This document shows positions 8,231 to 15,636 of a DNA stretch of 24,000 nt, one piece after another. The notes under the pieces were generated by a model. The model searched no databases and was not told the origin of the DNA. It saw only the letters and a list, made by a program, of their open reading frames with translations. Position 1 is the first letter of the stretch. Each line of letters opens with the position of its first letter. The translations under genes and the position numbers were made by a program. The stretch comes from Granulicatella elegans ATCC 700633 (GTDB lineage: Bacteria > Bacillota > Bacilli > Lactobacillales > Aerococcaceae), in contig NZ_KI391971.1 in the NCBI RefSeq assembly GCF_000162475.2, forward strand, positions 134,057-158,056, in the 5' to 3' direction.

Positions 8231-8770
8231 ATGTTAAAAGATTTTACAAGAGTGGCGGTCATGCCTCAAGAAGTAATTAAAAAGTACAAAGACCAAGTTC
8301 CAGAAGAGCTAGTTCAAATCTGGGAAGAATGCGGTTTGGGGACTTTTTTAGACGGTTATCTGAAGGTCATTAATCCAGATGAGTATCTTGAACTGGTTCA
8401 GGAAACTTACTTCAGAGGGGGTACTTCCATTCCAATTTTTGTGACAGCTTTTGGGGATGTTATAACTTGGGAGAAGAACGAATTTTTGGGGATTATTAAA
8501 TATAAAGAAGGTATATTTGATATTTTTTTAGAAAATTTATCACTTTTTATCAAGTTTTTACCTGATAAAAGTTTTACAGATGATTATTTTGACTTACCGC
8601 TTTATCATGAGGCAATTGAAAAATATGGTTCGCTTGATTATACACAGTGTTTTGGATTTATACCACTTTTGGTTTTAGGTGGATTTAAAGATGTGAATCA
8701 TCTAGATAAGGTAAAAATGTATGAACATATTTTTTTAATTACTCAATTCACTGGATCTATAGGAGATTAA
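8231..8770 (+). CDS. GAD-like/DUF1851 protein (Tdi1-type immunity protein family)
   Basis: RBS AGGAG. The 179-aa product has KVINPDEY, FGDVITWE and CFGFIPLLVLGG motifs characteristic of GAD-like plus DUF1851 immunity proteins. Confidence 0.6.
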   Translation: MLKDFTRVAVMPQEVIKKYKDQVPEELVQIWEECGLGTFLDGYLKVINPDEYLELVQETYFRGGTSIPIFVTAFGDVITWEKNEFLGIIKYKEGIFDIFLENLSLFIKFLPDKSFTDDYFDLPLYHEAIEKYGSLDYTQCFGFIPLLVLGGFKDVNHLDKVKMYEHIFLITQFTGSIGD

Positions 8771-8969
8771 AAGTAGTCATACTCTTGATAATCTAATCAA
8801 AATGAAGAACCTTGTGTAATACCTAATTCAATTTCAGTGCAATCGGCTAACGTTAAATATTTGTGTTTTGTGTTTTTGTCTCATACTAACTTCTAGTTTT
8901 GATACTTAACTAGAAGTTACTTTGAAACTTTATGCTTATATAAAAATAAATATTTTTTCAAAAAAGGTA

Positions 8970-8998
8970 TTGCAAAAAGTTAGGGTCTAGTGTACTAT
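8970..8998 (+). promoter_or_regulatory. Sigma-70 promoter of the tRNA-Tyr/tRNA-Gln operon
   Basis: TTGCAA (8970-8975), 17-nt spacer, TACTAT (8993-8998, preceded by TG). An A/T-rich UP-like region lies upstream, and the tRNA starts about 28 nt downstream. Confidence 0.5.
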
Positions 8999-9026
8999 AT
9001 ATGAGTACGTTATTTTAATAATAGCT

Positions 9027-9110
9027 GGAGGGGTAGCGAAGTGGCTAAACGCGGCGGACTGTAAATCCGCTCCTTAGGGTTCGGCAGTTCGAATCTGCCC
9101 CCCTCCACCA
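9027..9110 (+). tRNA. tRNA-Tyr (anticodon GTA), long variable arm, CCA encoded
   Basis: The acceptor stem GGAGGGG pairs with CCCCTCC. The anticodon loop is CT-GTA-AA. It has a variable arm and the T-loop GTTCGAATC, and ends in ACCA. Confidence 0.9.
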
Positions 9111-9111
9111 T

Positions 9112-9183
9112 TGGGGTATAGCCAAGCGGTAAGGCAACGGACTTTGACTCCGTCATTCGTTGGTTCGAATCCAGCTACCCCAG
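9112..9183 (+). tRNA. tRNA-Gln (anticodon TTG)
   Basis: The acceptor stem TGGGGTA pairs with TACCCCA. The anticodon loop is CT-TTG-AC and the T-loop is GGTTCGAATCC. It starts 1 nt after tRNA-Tyr, and CCA is not encoded. Confidence 0.9.
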
Positions 9184-9190
9184 TAGGATA

Positions 9191-9212
9191 GACAGCTTCG
9201 GCTGTCTTTTTT
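9191..9212 (+). terminator. Terminator of the tRNA operon
   Basis: GACAGC-TTCG-GCTGTC hairpin followed by T6. Confidence 0.7.
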
Positions 9213-9316
9213 ATTTCCTAAATTTTTATTAAATTTTCTCAGATACTCTTGATTTAAAATGTCTAGTTAGTAGATGATAGTCGTAAAGGTGGGAGTTAGA
9301 GAAAGGAGCAAAGGTG

Positions 9317-9754
9317 ATGAAAAAGTTTAGTACCTATTATTGGAAGTTTATAATGGGAATGATAGTACTAACGAGTGTAATAACTGTATTTGCAATGAAT
9401 CAAGGAAGTTCACTATTATCTAAAGATGGTGAAGTCGTTTTATTTGTTTTTCTAATGGCTTTATTGATTATGGTTGCAGAACAATGGAATGGGAAAACGT
9501 GGAAAAATTCTCCATTGATTTTATTAGGAGAAATGATGTTTTCGATTATGTTAACACCAATCTTTTTTTTGTCATATCGTTATATGGCAGAAGTATTAAG
9601 TTTAGGATGGATTCTTCATTTATCTAGTCCAATGATTTTATTAATGAGATTGCTTGGGATGGTGCAATATGCACTAGTATTGGTAAATCCAATTATGGCT
9701 ATTTTAAAAGCTATTCAATTTGTGAAGTCTCCTTATGAAAAGAAAATTAGTTAA
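9317..9754 (+). CDS. Small integral membrane protein, unknown function
   Basis: AAGGAG RBS at 9303-9308, with ATG 9317 (or GTG 9314). About 145 aa with 4 hydrophobic segments. No recognisable family. Confidence 0.5.
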   Translation: MKKFSTYYWKFIMGMIVLTSVITVFAMNQGSSLLSKDGEVVLFVFLMALLIMVAEQWNGKTWKNSPLILLGEMMFSIMLTPIFFLSYRYMAEVLSLGWILHLSSPMILLMRLLGMVQYALVLVNPIMAILKAIQFVKSPYEKKIS

Positions 9755-9759
9755 TATTA

Positions 9760-9800
9760 CTCTCAGAATGATGGAAGCTCTGTTGTTCTGAGAGTTTTTT
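9760..9800 (+). terminator. Rho-independent terminator
   Basis: CTCTCAGAA (9760-9768) pairs with TTCTGAGAG (9786-9794), followed by T6. Confidence 0.65.
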
Positions 9801-9931
9801 CGTTCATACTTTGTGAACAAATATAATAATTGAAGATTTTAAGATAAAAGACTAGGATTTTTTTTGAGGACGGTTTATAATAAATTAAGGAAGAAAGCGT
9901 TTTTTAAAAGATTGTGAAAGGAGGAGCAATT

Positions 9932-10255
9932 ATGAATGAAATAGAATTAGTGTGCTTTAAAATGATTAGTGCATTAGGAGCGGCTCGTTCAGCTTTTATG
10001 GAAGCAATAGTAGCTGCAAAAAAAGGAAATTTCGAAGAAGCTCAATCTTTGATTGAGGAAGGTCAACAGCAACGATTAAAAGGACATGAAATCCACTTTG
10101 AATTATTACAAAAAGATAGTTCAGGAAATAAGGTGCCTTTTTCGTTGCTTTTATTACATTCAGAAGATCAAATGATGAGTGCAGAAATCTTACAAGTTAC
10201 TAGCGAAGAGATTTTAGCCTTATATCAACGATTGGAAAAAATTGAAAAAGCATAA
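9932..10255 (+). CDS. PTS lactose/cellobiose-family EIIA component
   Basis: AAAGGAGGA RBS 6 nt upstream of ATG 9932. The 107-aa helical protein has the LLLHSEDQMM active-site His motif of cellobiose-type EIIA. Confidence 0.8.
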   Translation: MNEIELVCFKMISALGAARSAFMEAIVAAKKGNFEEAQSLIEEGQQQRLKGHEIHFELLQKDSSGNKVPFSLLLLHSEDQMMSAEILQVTSEEILALYQRLEKIEKA

Positions 10256-10285
10256 AAACATAACAAAATAATTGGGGGTATAGAT

Positions 10286-10606
10286 ATGAAACGTGTTTAT
10301 TTATTTTGTAATGCAGGAATGTCTACAAGTTTAGTGGCAAGTAAGATGCAAGAAGTTGCGAATCAACATCAATTGCCAATTGAAGTCAAAGCATTTCCTG
10401 ATGTTCAGCTAGATTCTGTAGTTCAAGAATTTCATCCTGATGTCATTCTGTTAGGGCCTCAAGTGAGATTCAAATTTAATGCTACTCGTGAAAAATACGA
10501 ACCTACGGGTATTCCTGTAGAAGTGATTAATTTGGAAGATTATGGGAATGTTAATGGGGAACGTATTTTGAAACGCGCGATTCAACTCATCAAAAATAAA
10601 AAATAG
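10286..10606 (+). CDS. PTS lactose/cellobiose-family EIIB component
   Basis: 106 aa. The N-terminal LFCNAGMSTSL carries the phospho-Cys loop (CxxGxSTS). Confidence 0.85.
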   Translation: MKRVYLFCNAGMSTSLVASKMQEVANQHQLPIEVKAFPDVQLDSVVQEFHPDVILLGPQVRFKFNATREKYEPTGIPVEVINLEDYGNVNGERILKRAIQLIKNKK

Positions 10607-10617
10607 GAGGAATTGTT

Positions 10618-11973
10618 ATGTTTGCTTCGTTAGAAAAAATAATGGGAAGTTCTGCGGAAAAATTAGGCAATAATAAAGTCTTAATTGCGATTCGTGATGG
10701 TTTCTTAGTATCCACACCATTAATTATTGTGGCTTCTATTTTTCTTGTAATTGCGAACTTTCCAATACCAGGGTATGTTGATTTCTTAGCTCAATTTTTT
10801 GGTCAAGGTTGGCCAAGTAAAATGGATGCGGTCATTGATTCAACATTTAGTGTTTTAGGGTTATTAGGAGCTTTTGGAATTGGGTATGCTTATGCTCGTC
10901 AATTGGAAAATGATCCAGTTGCGGGAGGAGCCGTTGCTCTTGTATGTTTCCTTATTCTTACACCAAAAGTTCATTCTGATTTCGTAAATGCAGCGAATGG
11001 TAAAGCTTTTAATGGATTTGCATTAGCACATTTAGGGTCAGCAGGAATGTTTTTAGCCATGATAACAGCTATTATTTCTGTAAAAATTTTTGTGACGGTT
11101 AAAAACAAAGGTTGGGTTATTAAAATGCCTGACGGTGTACCGCCAGCTGTTACTCAATCCTTTGCAGCATTAATTCCAAGTGCATTTGCAATGTTCTTCT
11201 TCTTTGTAGTGTATTTAGTATTCTCAGCAACAGAATATCAATACGCTCATAACTTTATTTATAAAATTTTACAAGCGCCATTAATGGGATTCGGACAAAG
11301 TTTGATTTTTGAACCAATTTATCAGTTCTTATCTACTTTATTCTGGTTCTTTGGTATTAATGGGCCTGCTGTAACGAATACGGTATTTAATCCAATTCAT
11401 TTAGCTTTAACAGCAGAAAACTTAGAAGCATTTAAACAAGGAGCAACACTTCCTAATATCTTTACAGGTCCATTCGGAGATTTCTTTGGAAACTTTGGTG
11501 GTGGTGGTAGTACATTGTCACTTGTTTTCTTAATGGTATTCTTCGGAAAATCAGAACGTATGAAAAAATTAGGACGTTTAGCTATTGTTCCTGGTATTTT
11601 TGGTATTAACGAAATGATTATTTTTGGATTACCAGTTGTATTAAACCCATTAATTGTGATTCCATTTATTTTAACACCATTAGTGAATACAATTTTAGCC
11701 ACTATTGCGACTCTTGTAGGGTTAATTCCATACACTACAGGAGCAGCACTTCCTTGGACAACTCCATTCTTCTTCTCTGGTTGGTTAGCCACAGGAAGTA
11801 TCGTTGCAGGTTTATTCCAAATAGTATTAATTATTATCGGAATGGGAATTTACTATCCATTCTTTAGAGTGATTGATAAACAATATCTTCATGAAGAACA
11901 TCAAGCTGCTAATTCATTAAGCGATGAATTAGATGAATTGTCATTAGATGATTTAAGTTTTGATGATTTATAA
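10618..11973 (+). CDS. PTS lactose/cellobiose-family EIIC permease with an acidic C-terminal tail
   Basis: RBS AGGAGG. The 451-aa polytopic protein has typical EIIC strings (IRDGF, FGINGP, GGGGSTL, IFGINE..IFGLP). The final 19 aa are SLSDELDELSLDDLSFDDL. Confidence 0.85.
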   Translation: MFASLEKIMGSSAEKLGNNKVLIAIRDGFLVSTPLIIVASIFLVIANFPIPGYVDFLAQFFGQGWPSKMDAVIDSTFSVLGLLGAFGIGYAYARQLENDPVAGGAVALVCFLILTPKVHSDFVNAANGKAFNGFALAHLGSAGMFLAMITAIISVKIFVTVKNKGWVIKMPDGVPPAVTQSFAALIPSAFAMFFFFVVYLVFSATEYQYAHNFIYKILQAPLMGFGQSLIFEPIYQFLSTLFWFFGINGPAVTNTVFNPIHLALTAENLEAFKQGATLPNIFTGPFGDFFGNFGGGGSTLSLVFLMVFFGKSERMKKLGRLAIVPGIFGINEMIIFGLPVVLNPLIVIPFILTPLVNTILATIATLVGLIPYTTGAALPWTTPFFFSGWLATGSIVAGLFQIVLIIIGMGIYYPFFRVIDKQYLHEEHQAANSLSDELDELSLDDLSFDDL

Positions 11974-12010
11974 AAAGTAATAAACGAGTAGAAAAGTTGA
12001 ACGTGCGGAG

Positions 12011-12062
12011 GTGGGAAGACAACAGAAATGAATCAATTTCTGTCGTTATTCCCACTTTTTTT
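12011..12062 (+). terminator. Intrinsic terminator/attenuator between EIIC and the downstream catabolic genes
   Basis: GTGGGAA..ACAGAAAT (12011-12029) pairs with ATTTCTGT..TTCCCAC (12036-12055) around an internal loop, followed by T7 (12056-12062). The RBS of the next gene follows immediately. Confidence 0.65.
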
Positions 12063-12077
12063 GAAGGGAGAATGCAT

Positions 12078-12581
12078 ATGCGAGTGATATTATTTTTGAA
12101 TCAAATACAAGCGGGTTATGGTGGAAAGGAAAGAGCAGATACTCCTCTTGGGTTAGAAAAAGGAGGAATTGGTTCCTACTTAATGTATAAAGATTACTTT
12201 TTAAAAGAAAATTTACAAGTATTAGCGACTGTCTATTGTGGTCCAGATTATTTTGCGAATCATAAGGAAGAAGTGCTTCATAAAATTCATAATTTGATTT
12301 TGAAAACAAAAGCAGAAGTGTTATTTGCAGGTCCGTGCTTTAATGATGAAAGTTATACAGAAATGGCAGCAAATGTAGCTTCTTTTATTGAACATCAAAC
12401 AGATTGTAAAACGTATGTAGCTTGTTCGAAAGAAAATGAAGAGATTATTCAACAATTCAAGGAACAGACGACAATGATTGAAATGCCTAAAAAAGGAGCG
12501 GTTGGTTTGAATGAAGCGTTGAAAGACATTGCACTTATTATTGCGCATGATCAACAAGATTCAAATCGAATTTATCGTTAG
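12078..12581 (+). CDS. GrdB N-terminal-domain-like protein (glycine/sarcosine/betaine reductase component B family), short, no selenocysteine codon
   Basis: AGGGAG RBS 7 nt before ATG 12078. MRVILFLNQIQAGYGGKERAD...VYCGPDYF...LFAGPCFN follows the N-terminal pattern of the GrdB family (HY.NQF.A.IGGEE.AD ... ICGD.YF ... AGPAFNAGRYG). Only ~167 aa. The ORF-track start at 11997 spans the terminator and is rejected. Confidence 0.5.
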   Translation: MRVILFLNQIQAGYGGKERADTPLGLEKGGIGSYLMYKDYFLKENLQVLATVYCGPDYFANHKEEVLHKIHNLILKTKAEVLFAGPCFNDESYTEMAANVASFIEHQTDCKTYVACSKENEEIIQQFKEQTTMIEMPKKGAVGLNEALKDIALIIAHDQQDSNRIYR

Positions 12582-12597
12582 AAAGGAAGCGAGTGAA

Positions 12598-13578
12598 GTG
12601 GAGTTACAGACTTTATGTAGTTTACCGGGAGTTTCTGGAGATGAGTATGAAGTCCATCAATATTTATCTCAAGCATATCAACAATTGAATTTAGACTTGA
12701 AAAAAGATAAATTAGGTTCGATTTTTGGGGAGAGACTAGTGGAGAATAGTCCTTTTAAAGTGATGATTAGTTCCAATATTGATGAATGTGGAGGAATGAT
12801 TGACGATATTCATGAGAGTGGATTATTGTCTTTTGTGACCATTGGAGATGTTTTACCAAAAGATTTTCTTCATCAACGAGTTTGTCTGTTAACACGACAT
12901 CATCAACGAGTCTATGGCTATGTCCTACAAAAACAAGAGAAATTTTGGATTCATATAGGAACTAAATCGCAGTAAGAAGTGGAAGCGTTTGGGGTTCAAG
13001 TAGGAGATACTTTTGTCTTAGAAATTCCAGTTATTGAAACGGAACAAATGATTTTAAGTAAAAATATATCTAATCGAGCGGGAGTTTATGCTGCCTATCA
13101 GTTGATGGAAACAATGTCCTCTCTACCTTATACACTTAGCATTGGAGGAATTGCTCAATCGATTGTGGGATATAGAGGAGCTATTACTGCTACAAATACG
13201 ATATTACCTGATGTATCGATTGTATTAGATGTAGTACCAGTTAGAGATTATGCAGAACAAACAGTCTATATTCGCTATTTTGATAAGACATTATTACCCA
13301 ATGTTTCGTTAGTGAAAGAAATCAAAACAGTTGCTCAAAGTTTAGGATACGAAGTGAAGGCAAATGTCCAAGAAAAAGGGACGGATGGATCATTTATTCA
13401 TAAATCTCTAGCAGGAACCCCTACGGTTGTTGTTGTGATTCCGTTAAAAGAAGAAGGAGAGTTTATCCAATTATTGAAGAAGGAAGATTTGAAACCTGTC
13501 ATTCATACGCTACAAGTATTTTTAGAAAATTTAACTTCCCAAAAAGTTCAGCAACTTGCTTTCCAAGAAAGTTGGTGA
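12598..13578 (+). pseudogene. Degenerate M42 (FrvX/TET-like) peptidase paralog interrupted by an in-frame TAA at 12973-12975
   Basis: GTG 12598 lies 8 nt after GAAAGGAAG. ORFs 12529-12975 and 12979-13578 are in the same frame. Together they align end-to-end with the downstream M42 gene (LPGVSGDE / VGVSGHE; SKEEAEELG-type linker at the stop). Four of the five metal-ligand positions are substituted. Confidence 0.6.
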
Positions 13579-13582
13579 AGCG

Positions 13583-14674
13583 ATGTTAGAAAATCATCAA
13601 ATAGAATTATTAAAAACATTAAGTAATCTTGTAGGTGTCTCAGGACATGAAGAGCAAATTTTACAATTTGTGTCAGAACAACTTCCTTTTTGTACGAAAA
13701 AACAAGATAAATTAGGCTCAGGATTATTTTCGTTAGGAGAGGGAGACCTTTCCATTATGTTTGCGACTCATATGGATGAAGTGGGGTTTGTTGTTTCTTC
13801 GATTAATGAGAGAGGATATGTATCGATTCAACCTGTCGGAAATATGTGGGCGCATACGTTATTACAACAATTAGTGACCATTACAACGAGTGATGGTCGA
13901 CAATGGACGGGAATTATTGGGGGGCCTCAAACGCATGCGATTTCTCCAGAAGCTCGTAAAAAAGTTGTTGCAATGGAAGAGTTATTTATCGATTTGGGTG
14001 TTGATAGTCGGGAGTCTATTCAAGAAATGGGCATTGAAGTAGGGGATGTCGTGAGTTTAGTGAGTACTTGCCAAACGATTGGTTTGAATCAGGAATATAT
14101 GATTGGGAAAGCTCTCGATAATCGAGTGAGTGTTTCGTTAGGAATTTGGCTCATGCAAGCTTTAGAGCATCAAAATCTATCTAAAAGAGTGACATTAGCA
14201 ACAACAATTCAAGAAGAAGTTGGATTAAGGGGTGCACGTACGACAGCTTTCCAAGAAAAACCTTTAGTGGCTTTTGCGGTTGATACAACATTAGCAGGAG
14301 ATACTCCAGCCAATCAAAATCATACGAAACTCGGAAAAGGTGTCTCGCTTACTGCCATTGATAATATGACAGTGACGAATCGTGGTTTGCTTATTTATTT
14401 GGAAAATCTTTGTAAGAAACATCAAATTCCTTATCAAATTGGTTGCTTTACAAAGGGTGGAACAGATGCTGGCAATATTTATAAGTCTGAAACGGGAATT
14501 TTAGCGACAACTTTATCAATTCCAATTCGTTATATGCATACGCATCAAAGTATTGTGCATTTAGGAGATGTTGAAGCAACGCTTAGATTAATGTGTGCGA
14601 TTTGCGAAGATTTAACGATGGAAAAATACCATCAAATATTAGAATACAATTATCAATACGGAATGGAGGAGTGA
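13583..14674 (+). CDS. M42 family metallo-aminopeptidase (glutamyl aminopeptidase/TET/FrvX-like)
   Basis: The 363-aa protein has all M42 signature positions: THMDEVGF, LDNRVS, QEEVGLRGA, AVDTT and IRYMHTHQ. The ORF-track start at 13556 overlaps the upstream gene. Confidence 0.8.
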   Translation: MLENHQIELLKTLSNLVGVSGHEEQILQFVSEQLPFCTKKQDKLGSGLFSLGEGDLSIMFATHMDEVGFVVSSINERGYVSIQPVGNMWAHTLLQQLVTITTSDGRQWTGIIGGPQTHAISPEARKKVVAMEELFIDLGVDSRESIQEMGIEVGDVVSLVSTCQTIGLNQEYMIGKALDNRVSVSLGIWLMQALEHQNLSKRVTLATTIQEEVGLRGARTTAFQEKPLVAFAVDTTLAGDTPANQNHTKLGKGVSLTAIDNMTVTNRGLLIYLENLCKKHQIPYQIGCFTKGGTDAGNIYKSETGILATTLSIPIRYMHTHQSIVHLGDVEATLRLMCAICEDLTMEKYHQILEYNYQYGMEE

Positions 14675-14676
14675 CT

Positions 14677-15636
14677 ATGTGGGGAATGATTGCCACTTGG
14701 AGAATGGCGCTAGAAGGAGTTCAAGAGGCTGTGCAGTCATTAGAACAACAGGCATCTTCTGGAGATGCGATTGAAGTAGCGATTAAAGCAGTTGAAGATT
14801 TTCCCTATTATAAATCAGTCGGTTATGGGGGGCTTCCTAATGAAGTGATGGAAGTGGAATTAGATGCAGCCTATATGGATGGAACAACTCTTGATTTTGG
14901 GGCGGTATGTGCCATTCAAGATGTGGCGAATCCCATTTCAGTGGCTCGTCAATTGAGCTTACAATCGGTGAATAATGTATTAGTTGGAATCGGTGCTCAA
15001 GCTTATGCACAAAAGCAGGGGTTTGAACAGAAAAATATGTTAACCGATCGCGCGAAAATTCATTATCATAATCGTGTTAAAGATTTACAAACGGAATCTT
15101 TAGTCCCTTATGCAGGTCATGATACCGTTGGAATGGTTAGCTTAGATACAACCGGGAAAATGGTTGCCGGCACTTCGACAAGTGGACTGTTTATGAAAAA
15201 AAGAGGACGTGTAGGAGATTCTCCATTTATTGGTTCTGGCTTATATGTGGATAGCACAGTTGGTGGAGCAACTGCTACAGGTTTAGGGGAAGATTTGATG
15301 AAGGGAATTATTTCCTATGAAATTGTTCGATTAATGGAACAAGGAATGCATCCTCAACAAGCGTGTGAAATAGCAGTGAAGAATTTATCTCAAAAATTAA
15401 TCCAACGAAGAGGAAATGCTGGGGATTTATCAGTTGTAGCGATGAATCACAAAGGAGAATGGGGAGCAGCTACCAATATTACCAATTTCTCTTTTGTAGT
15501 AGCAACTGAAAAAGAATCCTTAACGGTTTACCGAGTACATCCACAAGAAGATGGCACAATGATTCATGAAAAAGCCACTCAAGAATGGTTGGATGAGTAT
15601 TTAAGAGAACGGATGAAACCACTCGAGGTGAAATAA
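14677..15636 (+). CDS. Ntn-hydrolase of the Asparaginase_2 family, probably N4-(beta-N-acetylglucosaminyl)-L-asparaginase (glycosylasparaginase)
   Basis: GGAGGAG RBS. VGYGGLPN, LDAAYMDG, the autoprocessing site GHD-TVGMV and GRVGDSPFIGSGLYVD are family hallmarks. The call as glycosylasparaginase rather than isoaspartyl peptidase rests on the PTS/peptidase context. Confidence 0.65.
   Translation: MWGMIATWRMALEGVQEAVQSLEQQASSGDAIEVAIKAVEDFPYYKSVGYGGLPNEVMEVELDAAYMDGTTLDFGAVCAIQDVANPISVARQLSLQSVNNVLVGIGAQAYAQKQGFEQKNMLTDRAKIHYHNRVKDLQTESLVPYAGHDTVGMVSLDTTGKMVAGTSTSGLFMKKRGRVGDSPFIGSGLYVDSTVGGATATGLGEDLMKGIISYEIVRLMEQGMHPQQACEIAVKNLSQKLIQRRGNAGDLSVVAMNHKGEWGAATNITNFSFVVATEKESLTVYRVHPQEDGTMIHEKATQEWLDEYLRERMKPLEVK

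Noticed and set aside
8887-8919. Perfect 12-bp hairpin (TAACTTCTAGTT/AACTAGAAGTTA) after the DUF1851 gene
   Set aside because: It has no U-tract on either strand, so it is not called a terminator. It is a single copy in the window, so it is not called a repeat. Possibly a protein-binding site or a weak terminator.
2297-9230. Calling the AT-rich segment a mobile genomic island integrated at the tRNA genes
   Set aside because: No integrase, transposase, direct repeat of a tRNA 3' end or other mobility gene is present. The low GC continues past the tRNAs to the end of the window. It is therefore not a bounded island on this evidence.
9892-9905. cre-like catabolite-responsive element (AGAAAGCGTTTTTT) upstream of the PTS operon
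   Set aside because: The central GAAAGCGTTT fits, but three of the flanking consensus positions (T1, C13, A14 of TGWAANCGNTNWCA) are mismatched. That is too weak to call without a scoring matrix.
11397-11792. 131-aa minus-strand ORF inside the EIIC gene
   Set aside because: It is antisense to a well-supported membrane-protein gene. The composition is low-complexity Pro/Gly/Lys, typical of a reverse-frame artefact. The same applies to 184-390, 905-1258, 1280-1483, 4957-5193, 12046-12309, 12321-12557, 15914-16138, 16945-17341, 17649-17873, 18272-18460, 19702-20007, 21579-21776 and 23052-23234.
11997-12077. Long 5' extensions of several operon genes in the ORF track (11997, 12529, 13556, 14593, 20260 starts)
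   Set aside because: Each extension overlaps the preceding gene or a terminator hairpin and lacks an RBS. Internal ATG/GTG codons with proper Shine-Dalgarno spacing coincide with the start of family homology.
12973-12975. Selenocysteine or programmed read-through at the in-frame stop of the M42 paralog, or in the GrdB-like gene
   Set aside because: The stop is TAA, not TGA. No SECIS-like hairpin follows it. The GrdB-like ORF contains no in-frame TGA. Ordinary nonsense mutation or decay is the simpler reading.
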